Under the pieces are notes generated by a model. That model searched no databases. It saw nothing but the letters and a program-made list of their open reading frames with translations, and had not been told where the DNA came from. This document shows positions 8,106-15,647 of a DNA stretch of 19,670 nucleotides, piece by piece (the stretch's first letter is position 1; every line of letters starts with the position of its first letter). The DNA comes from Deltaproteobacteria bacterium (lineage in GTDB: Bacteria; Myxococcota_A; Polyangia; Fen-1088): positions 1 to 19,670 of the forward strand of contig JAWXBF010000165.1 in assembly GCA_034439895.1 (NCBI GenBank), given 5' to 3'. Both the position numbers and the translations under genes were made by a program.

Positions 8106-10150
8106 TCGGCGCAGCGTCCTACCCGGGTTTGCGCTGCACGTTGTTGCTGGTCGCGGCGCTGGCGTGCGCCTGCTTTCAACCGTCGACGGTTCCGATCGGC
8201 GCTGATCGCTGCCAAACCCCCGGCACCGATCCCTTTGAGCTGACCGCGCTGGGCCCGACCGATCGATCCCAGTGGCTGCAACCCTGGCGGGCCTACCTCG
8301 ACACATGGCCCGCGTCCCGCATGCGGGATGCCATCGGAATCGGTGTCCCCCCAATGTCTTTCGACACACAACAGCTTTCCGTGTTGTCCGAACACGGATT
8401 TGTACGTGGATTATTCGTCGTACAGTGGGCTGCTGCTCAATATTCCGACCCGCAAACGCTCAACGACGCGGAAAGAATGCGATTGGTTGCGCGGCTGCAG
8501 GCAATGCGCAAGGCACGATTGCGGCCCCTCTTGCTCTTGTACGGACATGAAGGGTCGCCGGCACCTCTCATACCGTGGCGTCTGAACGTGATCGAAGCGG
8601 CGCCGGCAGGCGCGCGTACCCTCAAGATTTCCGCTGGCGATGTTGCGCGCATTGTTCCCGGGCGAACCGGATTTGACGAACTGACGGGCTACATAGCCGC
8701 AGAAGTGTTGATTACAATCGTCGATAGCAGCGGCAATGCAACGTTGTCTCGGCCGTTGCCCGTCGCGCTGGCAAGCGGTGAACACGATGTATCCACGCTG
8801 GCCTTTTCACCCTGGACAAAGCCGATCCTTGCCGGCGGCCAACCCAACCCAACGTTTGAAGACACGCTATCTGGCTGGCTGGCCTTCGTTCGGTCGGTCG
8901 TCGCGATCGCTCAGACCACGCTCGGTGACGATGAATTTGACATCGAACTGTGGAACGAACTTGTCACGGGTTCGCGCTTCCTGAACATCAACAATTATTA
9001 CGACCCTCCGATCGACTCCAATCTTGATGTCCGAACCATCGCACGGGCAATCGTGACACGGACGACCGCCATGTTTCGCAGTGGTGGTCTTTCGCTTGCA
9101 CGAATGGGCATCGGAAACGGCTTTGCGAACACCGATTGGTCCTTCGCCTCAAGCACCGAAGATCCGGGTATCACCGCCCTGGATCGCCACATCAGCAATA
9201 AAACGATGCGTTTTCCGGACGAGGCGACCCTTGAGACGGCGAGAGCACTTGACGCAACGGGAGCCCCAGCCGGACACCGAGACTCGAATGGCGTCTGGAT
9301 CGAAGCGTTCTCACCCACCTACGATGTTCTTTTTCCCGAGCTGCCCCTGACCGCGATCTTGCCGTACGCCGCCCGGCGTCCCGGACAGCTCATACGCGAT
9401 CTTGCACCCATCACGACTCTCGACGAAAATGGGGTCGCACACGGACGCAACGTTGGCCCACCCGGTGCGAAGGTGCCACCGGCGGTCTGGATTACAGCGG
9501 TGAGCACGCGCCCTCGAAGCGGTACGAGTGCACCGACCGGATGGTCCGACGCCGACCGCGTTCGATTTCAGACCAAATCGGTATTGCGAACGCTGTCCGC
9601 CTACGTATCAAAGGGTGCCAGCGCCCTCTACTTCTACGCACCCGAGGATGAGTTGGCTCTGATCGATCACAACGATCCGACCGGCGGTCCCATCTTGCAG
9701 GCGCTCTCACGATTTCGTGCTGCGTTTGATGGACCCAGTCTTTTTGCCACGTCTCGCAATCTCTCGTTTATCGGCGTTCGCGGGTGTGACGCCAGCCTTT
9801 TGCTGAAAGGCAATGGCACCACGGCTTTTCCGGATCTGGCACGGCGCGACGCCGTGGCGTTTTTCCCTTTCCAAAAAAGCGACACTCAATTCGTCGCCGC
9901 AACCTACGTGATGACGCGCGACTTGATGCAGGAACACGCACCCGGAACAGCATTCCGCTTTGATCTTCCGGAGCGGGAATACGACCTCGTGATCGAAGGG
10001 GTTCGCGGAAACGACGTGCTCGTCGAGGCCAGCGATCCGATGGACGGACGGTCGATTGAGGTAACCGTTAAATCCCGCAGTGCCAACCGCATCGTGGTCA
10101 CGACGATGCTGAATGATTCGGTACGATTTCTGCACCTATCCGAGCCTTGA
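8102..10150 (+). CDS. Secreted 682-aa protein of unknown function, possibly a glycoside-hydrolase-like fold. Translationally coupled to the anti-sigma gene.
   Basis: ATGA overlap with the anti-sigma stop (atg 8102, tga 8103..8105). The N-terminal signal-like segment LRCTLLLVAALACACF contains Cys residues. The motifs IELWNEL (an NE[PL]-like acid/base context) and VWIEAF are only suggestive of a TIM-barrel glycoside hydrolase. No family could be assigned by eye. Confidence 0.6.
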   Translation: MIGAASYPGLRCTLLLVAALACACFQPSTVPIGADRCQTPGTDPFELTALGPTDRSQWLQPWRAYLDTWPASRMRDAIGIGVPPMSFDTQQLSVLSEHGFVRGLFVVQWAAAQYSDPQTLNDAERMRLVARLQAMRKARLRPLLLLYGHEGSPAPLIPWRLNVIEAAPAGARTLKISAGDVARIVPGRTGFDELTGYIAAEVLITIVDSSGNATLSRPLPVALASGEHDVSTLAFSPWTKPILAGGQPNPTFEDTLSGWLAFVRSVVAIAQTTLGDDEFDIELWNELVTGSRFLNINNYYDPPIDSNLDVRTIARAIVTRTTAMFRSGGLSLARMGIGNGFANTDWSFASSTEDPGITALDRHISNKTMRFPDEATLETARALDATGAPAGHRDSNGVWIEAFSPTYDVLFPELPLTAILPYAARRPGQLIRDLAPITTLDENGVAHGRNVGPPGAKVPPAVWITAVSTRPRSGTSAPTGWSDADRVRFQTKSVLRTLSAYVSKGASALYFYAPEDELALIDHNDPTGGPILQALSRFRAAFDGPSLFATSRNLSFIGVRGCDASLLLKGNGTTAFPDLARRDAVAFFPFQKSDTQFVAATYVMTRDLMQEHAPGTAFRFDLPEREYDLVIEGVRGNDVLVEASDPMDGRSIEVTVKSRSANRIVVTTMLNDSVRFLHLSEP

Positions 10151-10156
10151 CCGCCG

Positions 10157-11617
10157 TCAGGATCGCAGGATGGTTGCTTCTCCACCGTATGTGGGATCGG
10201 CGAAGCTGTCCGCCGGTGGACAGCCCATGGCATTCGCGATGGCGGTAAACAATCCGTTGGTTGGCGCCGTACGATTGGCGGTACCGGAAAGCCAGGGCAA
10301 GTAACGCCCTTGCTTGAAGTAACCGTTGCTGTTTCCGGCGAGGAACCACTGCAAGTTATCGGTCTGATGCCCTCCACCCGAACGCTGCATGTTGGTGTAG
10401 AGCAAGAGCGTATTCTCGATCATGGGTCGTCCGTTGGCGTCGAGCGTGCTCGACAGACGGTCGATAAAATACGCAAAGTTTTCCAGGAAGAAGCGGTCGA
10501 TCAGGTTCTTCTCCCGCTTCAGTTGCCCCTCGTTGTGGGCGATCGTGTGGTGGTTGCGAAGGTTGTTTCCGGAACCCGCCGTCTCGCCTCCGGTCCAAGT
10601 CTCGTTCAGCGAAGGGATCTTGTCGGCAAGCCAGGGGAACACAACGGTGTTGTTGTTGGATTGAACCCACAGGTGGCTGGCAACCCGCGTGTGATCGCAG
10701 GCCATCGCCGCAACCGTCATGTCGATTTGCGTCCGCATGACCAGATCCATCTTGGGGTTGGTCTGCTGATCGGTCCATATGTCACTCGCCGATTGTGTCG
10801 GTTTGCGACAGGCATTGCTTACCATTGCGATCTGCTTTTCCAATTGAGCCACGCCGTCGAGGTGGTTCTGCAAACGGAGCCGATCGTCTTTACCAACACG
10901 GGCCTGCAGCTGTTTCAACTGCCCTGACGTGAAATCGAGAATGCTCTTCTTCTGCGCGCGAATTTTGTCGAGTGCCGCCGTGTCGAGGTTGCCTCCGAAC
11001 AAATCATTGAACAACGTGAGCGGGTTGTCGCGAATGGTCGGCGCGTTGTGGCTATTGCCATCGGCCGTCTTGCCCGAATAGGAAAGCGGATTGTTGCCGT
11101 AGCCACCGGCCGACATACGAACGGGTCGAAGGACCAAAGACGGAAACGGTCTTTGTTTGATCTCGGGAACGTTTTGAACCACGAACTGATCGATCGAAGG
11201 ATGGCTTGCCGTCAAACTCCATCCATCGGGAATCGGTGGCCCTGCCATTCCCTTGGCGCCGGTCAAAATGAACGGCAATATCGCGTGACCGCCTATCGAG
11301 GCGTTCGGGTCCTTCTTCACGTCCCGCGCGGTATCGATTCCGTTCTGAACGTTCACACCACCCATTATCGTCAAACGATCTTTCCAGGGCTCAATCACCT
11401 TCAAGGGCGAAAACTCGGTGTCCCGCGCTCGCCAGCCACCGGCAACCACCTCGGGCAAGTAGTCTGCCGTGTAACCATTCGGCACCGAGATAACCACGAG
11501 GCGCCGAGGCGAAGTGGGTGTCGCTCCGAAACTGCGCGACGGCAACATCGGCACCACGCCGCCTCCGATGCCAAGGCCGGCAATAAACGTGCGACGATCA
11601 AAACGAAAACGGCTCAT
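10157..11617 (-). CDS. DUF1552 family protein with a twin-arginine (Tat) signal.
   Basis: N-terminus MSRFRFDRRTFIAGLGIGGG is Tat-like. Overall length and composition are typical of the DUF1552 partner of DUF1588 proteins. There is a 4-nt ATGA overlap with the upstream DUF1588 gene (11614..11617). Confidence 0.85.
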   Translation of the reverse strand: MSRFRFDRRTFIAGLGIGGGVVPMLPSRSFGATPTSPRRLVVISVPNGYTADYLPEVVAGGWRARDTEFSPLKVIEPWKDRLTIMGGVNVQNGIDTARDVKKDPNASIGGHAILPFILTGAKGMAGPPIPDGWSLTASHPSIDQFVVQNVPEIKQRPFPSLVLRPVRMSAGGYGNNPLSYSGKTADGNSHNAPTIRDNPLTLFNDLFGGNLDTAALDKIRAQKKSILDFTSGQLKQLQARVGKDDRLRLQNHLDGVAQLEKQIAMVSNACRKPTQSASDIWTDQQTNPKMDLVMRTQIDMTVAAMACDHTRVASHLWVQSNNNTVVFPWLADKIPSLNETWTGGETAGSGNNLRNHHTIAHNEGQLKREKNLIDRFFLENFAYFIDRLSSTLDANGRPMIENTLLLYTNMQRSGGGHQTDNLQWFLAGNSNGYFKQGRYLPWLSGTANRTAPTNGLFTAIANAMGCPPADSFADPTYGGEATILRS

Positions 11618-13311
11618 GGCAGGACCTCTTCTGCGTTCGGCATTCGGTGTGTGACGATTTCTGAGGTCAATAACGCGACCAGCATTTCGCGGATATCGAA
11701 TCCGCCTTTGCGAAAACCCGCGAAGATTTCGGACAGCGAATCCTCGTCACGGTCACCTTCGTTTTTGGCCAGGCCAAAACGGAAGAACTGCCGCATCAAG
11801 CATTCCGCGACCTGCGGACTTTTCGCCAACAAACCCGTGAGCTCGAGCGCCGAAGCAAAAGTCTGATCATTGCCATCGAGATTCGATACAGAGCCGGTCG
11901 AGTCAACGGGTGCGTTGTTGTCGGTCACACGAAACTTTCCAACGTTATCGTAGTGCTCGAAACCAAAACCGATCGGATCCATCAATTCGTGACACGCGCT
12001 GCAAGCTCCCATACGGTGCATGGCAAATCGTTCCTTCTTCGACAGGCCCGGACGCGGTGGATCGAGATCGGGAACATCTCCCGGTGGAGGCGGAATCAGA
12101 TCGCACATGACGTGCTCCCGAATAAATTTACCGCGAAGGATCGGACTGGATTCGTTCTCGTCCGAATGGGCCGCCATGACGCCTGCCAGGGTGAGAATAC
12201 CCCTGCGTTCGGTGTCGGGCAGCGTGATCGAACGAGACGGTGCCGCCTTGTCCCCCACCCCGTATAGCGCCGCCAGCGGCCCGCCGACGGTGGATTGTCG
12301 TGAACTGAATAAGGTCTCAAGCGTCGCATCGCCCACCAGCAGCGTATCCGAGACAAATCTTTGAATCTCGACAACCATCGCGCGGGCCAGGATTGGATCC
12401 CATCCGGCCTGCGAACGCAACGCCCCCGATAGAGCGCTGACACCCATCCATTGTTCCGCGAAGCTCGCAACGGAACGCTCGGCCTTGACGTGCGCAAGCA
12501 TCCGTCGCACTTGAGTCTTGATCTGCGTGGTGTGGTTCAGTTCGTTGTTTTCCGCCGCTTTCATCAGTTCTTCATCCGGCATCGAAGCCCAGATGAAGTA
12601 CGACAATTGCGATGCCAGGTGAAAAGCGCCCAGGCGCACGCCGGAACCATCCTTCTCGGCGTTCCACGCGTTCTCCCATCGATAGAGAAAGAAGGGTGAT
12701 TGCAAGAATGTCGCGACAAGTGCCTTCGACGCGTCGCCAGCGCTCAGTTTCAGGGTGCCGCGCAGTTCGTTTTTGTAGAACGCGAGGTATTCGGCGATCT
12801 CTTCCGCGGTGATGGGACGTCGATAGGCCCGTCGACCGAAGCTTGAGACGAAACGTGAAATGCAATCCATTTCGGCGTTGCCCGCCGGGTCGCAGCCAAA
12901 AAGCGAAGGAAGCCGTGTTACAGAACGGCTCGCAATGGCTTCGGCAGCGTCGAAATACAATCCGACATTGACCTCATCCACTTTTTGCACTTGCGCAAAC
13001 CCGGTCGACGCGGCCGATTCCGATGGAAACGCGTCGCCGGCGAAGGCCGTGTCACCGAGAAGATCGAGGACGGTGTTGTTGTACTCGACCCGGGTAAGGG
13101 GCCTCAGGGCCAAAAAGCTTCGAGCGCCTACCGGTGCGGGGAGTGCCGTGGTACCGCCCGTACCCGGTTTCTCATTCATTCCGCCGACCGAACCGCTGCC
13201 CCCAACATTGCTTCCCCCTTCCCCCGCGATGGAACCAGAACAGCCGACCGCGAAGAAAAGTGGAACGCCGACGAGCCAGCGTCGGTCCGACCGAGTGGTG
13301 ATACCCATCAT
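11614..13311 (-). CDS. DUF1592/DUF1595/DUF1587/DUF1588/DUF1585 multi-domain lipoprotein with a CxxCH motif.
   Basis: Lipoprotein signal MMGITTRSDRRWLVGVPLFFAVGC. DUF1592 hallmark LTRVEYNNTVLDLLGD. DUF1588 region SSPILRGKFIREHVMCDLIPPPPGDVPDLDPP. Heme-c-like CSACH within ACSACHELMDPIGFGFEHYDN. C-terminal DUF1585-like QFFRFGLAKNEGDRDED. Confidence 0.9.
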   Translation of the reverse strand: MMGITTRSDRRWLVGVPLFFAVGCSGSIAGEGGSNVGGSGSVGGMNEKPGTGGTTALPAPVGARSFLALRPLTRVEYNNTVLDLLGDTAFAGDAFPSESAASTGFAQVQKVDEVNVGLYFDAAEAIASRSVTRLPSLFGCDPAGNAEMDCISRFVSSFGRRAYRRPITAEEIAEYLAFYKNELRGTLKLSAGDASKALVATFLQSPFFLYRWENAWNAEKDGSGVRLGAFHLASQLSYFIWASMPDEELMKAAENNELNHTTQIKTQVRRMLAHVKAERSVASFAEQWMGVSALSGALRSQAGWDPILARAMVVEIQRFVSDTLLVGDATLETLFSSRQSTVGGPLAALYGVGDKAAPSRSITLPDTERRGILTLAGVMAAHSDENESSPILRGKFIREHVMCDLIPPPPGDVPDLDPPRPGLSKKERFAMHRMGACSACHELMDPIGFGFEHYDNVGKFRVTDNNAPVDSTGSVSNLDGNDQTFASALELTGLLAKSPQVAECLMRQFFRFGLAKNEGDRDEDSLSEIFAGFRKGGFDIREMLVALLTSEIVTHRMPNAEEVLP

Positions 13312-13350
13312 GTTGCTATCTGAGTGGCCAGCCCAGCCGGATTTCGTGTG

Positions 13351-13398
13351 CGAAAACGAAATATTTCTGGCCCCGAGACGCGAAAAGGGGCGTCGGCC
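13351..13398 (-). terminator. Candidate intrinsic terminator for minus-strand transcription: a bipartite GC hairpin followed by a U-rich tract.
   Basis: The minus-strand RNA reads GGCCGACGCCCCUUUUCGCGUCUCGGGGCC (13398..13369). It can form a 4-bp outer stem (GGCC/GGCC) and a 5-bp inner stem (GACGC/GCGUC) separated by a 4-nt bulge. Then comes AGAAAUAUUUCGUUUUCG. It lies between the small ORF stop (13444) and the DUF1588 gene start (13311). Confidence 0.35.
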
Positions 13399-13443
13399 AA
13401 CAAGACTGCGACACCCGCAACCTCGATGGCCGACGCCAGGTGC

Positions 13444-13548
13444 CTACTTTTTGGCGACCTTTTCCTTCTTCTTGGCCTGCTTCTCCTTGGTGGAGAGCTT
13501 CGGCTTGTTACTGGTTCCCTGAGTTGGTTTTGCTTGTCCCTTGGCCAT
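13444..13548 (-). CDS. Small 34-aa lysine-rich basic protein that is not in the ORF track.
   Basis: Read by hand. The reverse complement gives CCAAGGAGAATCAC-ATG, i.e. a perfect AAGGAG Shine-Dalgarno with a 6-nt spacer. The ORF is MAKGQAKPTQGTSNKPKLSTKEKQAKKKEKVAKK followed by TAG. It is flanked upstream by the hairpin ggccgctctgcggcc (13561..13575) and downstream by the terminator-like hairpin. There is no homology evidence. Confidence 0.45.
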   Translation of the reverse strand: MAKGQAKPTQGTSNKPKLSTKEKQAKKKEKVAKK

Positions 13549-13670
13549 GTGATTCTCCTTGGCCGCTCTGCGGCCGTGACAAGCAATTTACATCAGGTGC
13601 TACGCGTTGTTCCACAACGACTTGTCGCGCGGCTTCACTTTTTTTGCGGGACCTCGGGGTGCCCGGTTCG

Positions 13671-14681
13671 CTAGAAGGCCGTACTGAAATCGTAGGCAAT
13701 TCCTTCATGGTGCGCCACGGTGCCCTGCCCACCGTAGGTGGAGGTGGTGTACACAAAGTCGTAGACGCTTGCCCGATCGATCGAGAATCCGCGCACCCGG
13801 ATTGCCGGATCCTGGCTTCCGTTGTTATCGTTATGAACGCCGATCATTTGAGACACCTTGAACGCGTACAAGACCGGGTCGAAGGTGTGCGTGGGGGGCG
13901 TGGAGGTAGATCCGAAGAAATCACCCTTGGCTCGAACGACGCCGCCACCCAGAGGGTCCAGGTTGGGATCCGTCGTGGTGTAGCTGTCGCAGAACTCGTT
14001 GTTGACACCGCAATTTCCGTCGGGAGGTGTCTGTGTGTAACGAATGATCGTTCGCCCGCGGGTGCTGTCGAGCCACGGAGCCGACACGATACTGAAGTAG
14101 CCAGCTTCGGCTCCCGAATTCCACGTGATGCTCGAACTCAAGCCGTTGGTATCATCATTCCAGGCGTGAATCTTGAATGTGTTCTGCGCCGTTTTGTTTT
14201 CGACACCCGTCGCCTTGTACTTCGGATCGTCGAATTGAATGAGAAAGAGCATCGGATCGGCGTTTCCGATCGCATCGGCCGTGACCCTCACGATGTTCCC
14301 CGGCTTCTTGATGTTGATCCTGAGACGGATTCCGTTGCTCGAAAGTTGCGTCGCGTTGGAATACGTCGTCCAAACGTAGGTGGGAGCAGGAAAGCCGGAT
14401 TCGTAATTCGACAGGTGCGGCTTGACGAGCTCGGACCTTGGCGATTCGATGGCGTCCTCCGACAACAGGCCAAACCGTTCCTGCGCCGAACGAACAGCCT
14501 TGTCTTTATCAAGCGTCCGATCGGCCTTGATCTTCTTGATTGCCTCCACGTACTCGGCGGGTGGCGGCGCCAGGGATGCGGCAGTGGCTTCGCCAACGGA
14601 ATTGTCGACGGGATCTTCGGCGGGAACGCCATCGCATCCCATCAGACCCAGGAAAGGAATCAACCAGCGCGTGTGCTTCAT
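13671..14681 (-). CDS. Hypothetical secreted lipoprotein of 336 aa.
   Basis: Chosen start is ATG at 14681..14679, giving MKHTRWLIPFLGLMGCDG with a canonical LMGC lipobox. The longer track ORF (to 14948) would overlap the divergent DUF1080 gene and its extension has no signal. Composition is realistic (N/D/T/G-rich, ending ...YDFSTAF). Function is unknown. The opposite-strand ORF 13440..14849 was rejected. Confidence 0.65.
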   Translation of the reverse strand: MKHTRWLIPFLGLMGCDGVPAEDPVDNSVGEATAASLAPPPAEYVEAIKKIKADRTLDKDKAVRSAQERFGLLSEDAIESPRSELVKPHLSNYESGFPAPTYVWTTYSNATQLSSNGIRLRINIKKPGNIVRVTADAIGNADPMLFLIQFDDPKYKATGVENKTAQNTFKIHAWNDDTNGLSSSITWNSGAEAGYFSIVSAPWLDSTRGRTIIRYTQTPPDGNCGVNNEFCDSYTTTDPNLDPLGGGVVRAKGDFFGSTSTPPTHTFDPVLYAFKVSQMIGVHNDNNGSQDPAIRVRGFSIDRASVYDFVYTTSTYGGQGTVAHHEGIAYDFSTAF

Positions 14682-14775
14682 GCCCTGCTGACAGGGCAAA
14701 ATCGCCTCGGTCGCACACTTTATTTTTGCGCGAATGCGTTCGACCGGGGCTTTCATGGTGCGATACTGCCTACCC
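14682..14775. promoter_or_regulatory. Divergent intergenic region between the lipoprotein gene (minus) and the DUF1080 gene (plus). It contains a perfect hairpin abutting the lipoprotein start codon.
   Basis: The sequence gccctg-ctga-cagggc (14682..14697) is a 6-bp perfect stem with a 4-nt loop, immediately adjacent to the ATG (cat at 14679..14681). A T-rich stretch ctttatttttgcgcg follows at about 14715..14730. Confidence 0.3.
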
Positions 14776-15582
14776 ATGTTCAACGCACCGAGACTCTTGG
14801 CCCTGATTCTTCCCATCCTCTGCGCCACCCCGGCTTTCGCCGAGGATAAGGCGCCCGCGCCCACGGCAGAAAAGTGGGTATCGCTTTTTAACGGCAAGGA
14901 CATGAAAGGTTGGACGCCAAAATTCACAGGTTCAAAGCTCGGCGTCAACTACAGGAACACGTTCCGGGTCGAGGATGGCGTGCTCAAGGTTTCGTATGAC
15001 AAATGGGACAAGTTCAGTGGCGAATTCGGCCACCTGTTCTACAAGAAGCCTTTTGCCAACTACCGCCTGCGGGTCGAATACCGATTCGTCGGCGAGCAGG
15101 TCAAGGATGGCCCCGGGTGGGCGTTCCGCAACGCGGGCGCCATGTTGCACTGCCCCGCTCCGAAAACGATGGATGTAAAGCAGGAGTTTCCGGTTTCCAT
15201 CGAGGTGCAGTTCCTCGGAGGCAAAGAGACCGGTGAGCGCAGCACCGGCAACCTTTGCACCCCATCCACCCACGTCGTGATGAATGGACAGTTGCACAAG
15301 GAACATTGTACAAATTCGTCATCCAAAACCTTCCGCGGTGACCAGTGGGTCACGATCGAGGTGGAGGTTCGGGGTGCCTCGTTCAAGCATTTCGTCAACG
15401 GGGAAGAGGTGATGTCCTATGACGGTGCGCAGTTCGACGATTCGGATCTGCCCGCGCAAAAACACCTTAAAAAATTGAAAAAGGGACAGTCGCGGGAGAT
15501 CAAATCGGGGTACATCGCGCTTCAAGCCGAGACCCACCCGATCGAGTATCGCAAGGTCGAGATCATGAAGCTTTCGCCGTAA
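14776..15582 (+). CDS. Secreted DUF1080 (PF06439, 3-keto-disaccharide hydrolase / LamG-like) domain protein.
   Basis: Signal peptide MFNAPRLLALILPILCATPAFA-EDK. Hallmarks WVSLFNGKDMKGW, EDGVLKV and GYIALQAETHPIEYRKVEI match the DUF1080 pattern (LFNGKDLxGW ... GxIxLQ.H ... [FY]RNI.I). Alternative upstream ATGs exist at 14734 and 14755. Confidence 0.85.
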   Translation: MFNAPRLLALILPILCATPAFAEDKAPAPTAEKWVSLFNGKDMKGWTPKFTGSKLGVNYRNTFRVEDGVLKVSYDKWDKFSGEFGHLFYKKPFANYRLRVEYRFVGEQVKDGPGWAFRNAGAMLHCPAPKTMDVKQEFPVSIEVQFLGGKETGERSTGNLCTPSTHVVMNGQLHKEHCTNSSSKTFRGDQWVTIEVEVRGASFKHFVNGEEVMSYDGAQFDDSDLPAQKHLKKLKKGQSREIKSGYIALQAETHPIEYRKVEIMKLSP

Positions 15583-15647
15583 GCGACCGCAGCATCCGCA
15601 AAGTGCGCTTGCGAATGGCAGCCTTGCGCGGTTAACCTCGTCGCCCC

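Noticed and set aside
13626-13665. A T7 run followed by a GC hairpin (ctttttttgcgggacctcggggtgcccgg), considered as an intrinsic terminator.
   Set aside because: The order is wrong for both strands. The U-tract precedes the hairpin on plus-strand RNA, and an A-tract follows it on minus-strand RNA.
13440-14849. Plus-strand ORF of 469 aa opposite the lipoprotein gene.
   Set aside because: Its translation is Trp/Arg/Pro-rich with no signal peptide or domains. The minus-strand frame gives a canonical lipobox signal (LMGC) and a realistic composition.
15583-15647. Possible fluoride (crcB-motif) riboswitch upstream of xylA-CLC, based on GCGAAUGGCAGCC resembling GGCGAUGGnGUUCGCC.
   Set aside because: The flanks do not form the required P1 stem; UUGCG and UUGCGC are direct, not inverted, repeats. 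The downstream AUGAC match is just the xylA start codon. I could not build the pseudoknot. Treat it as absent unless an Infernal scan says otherwise.
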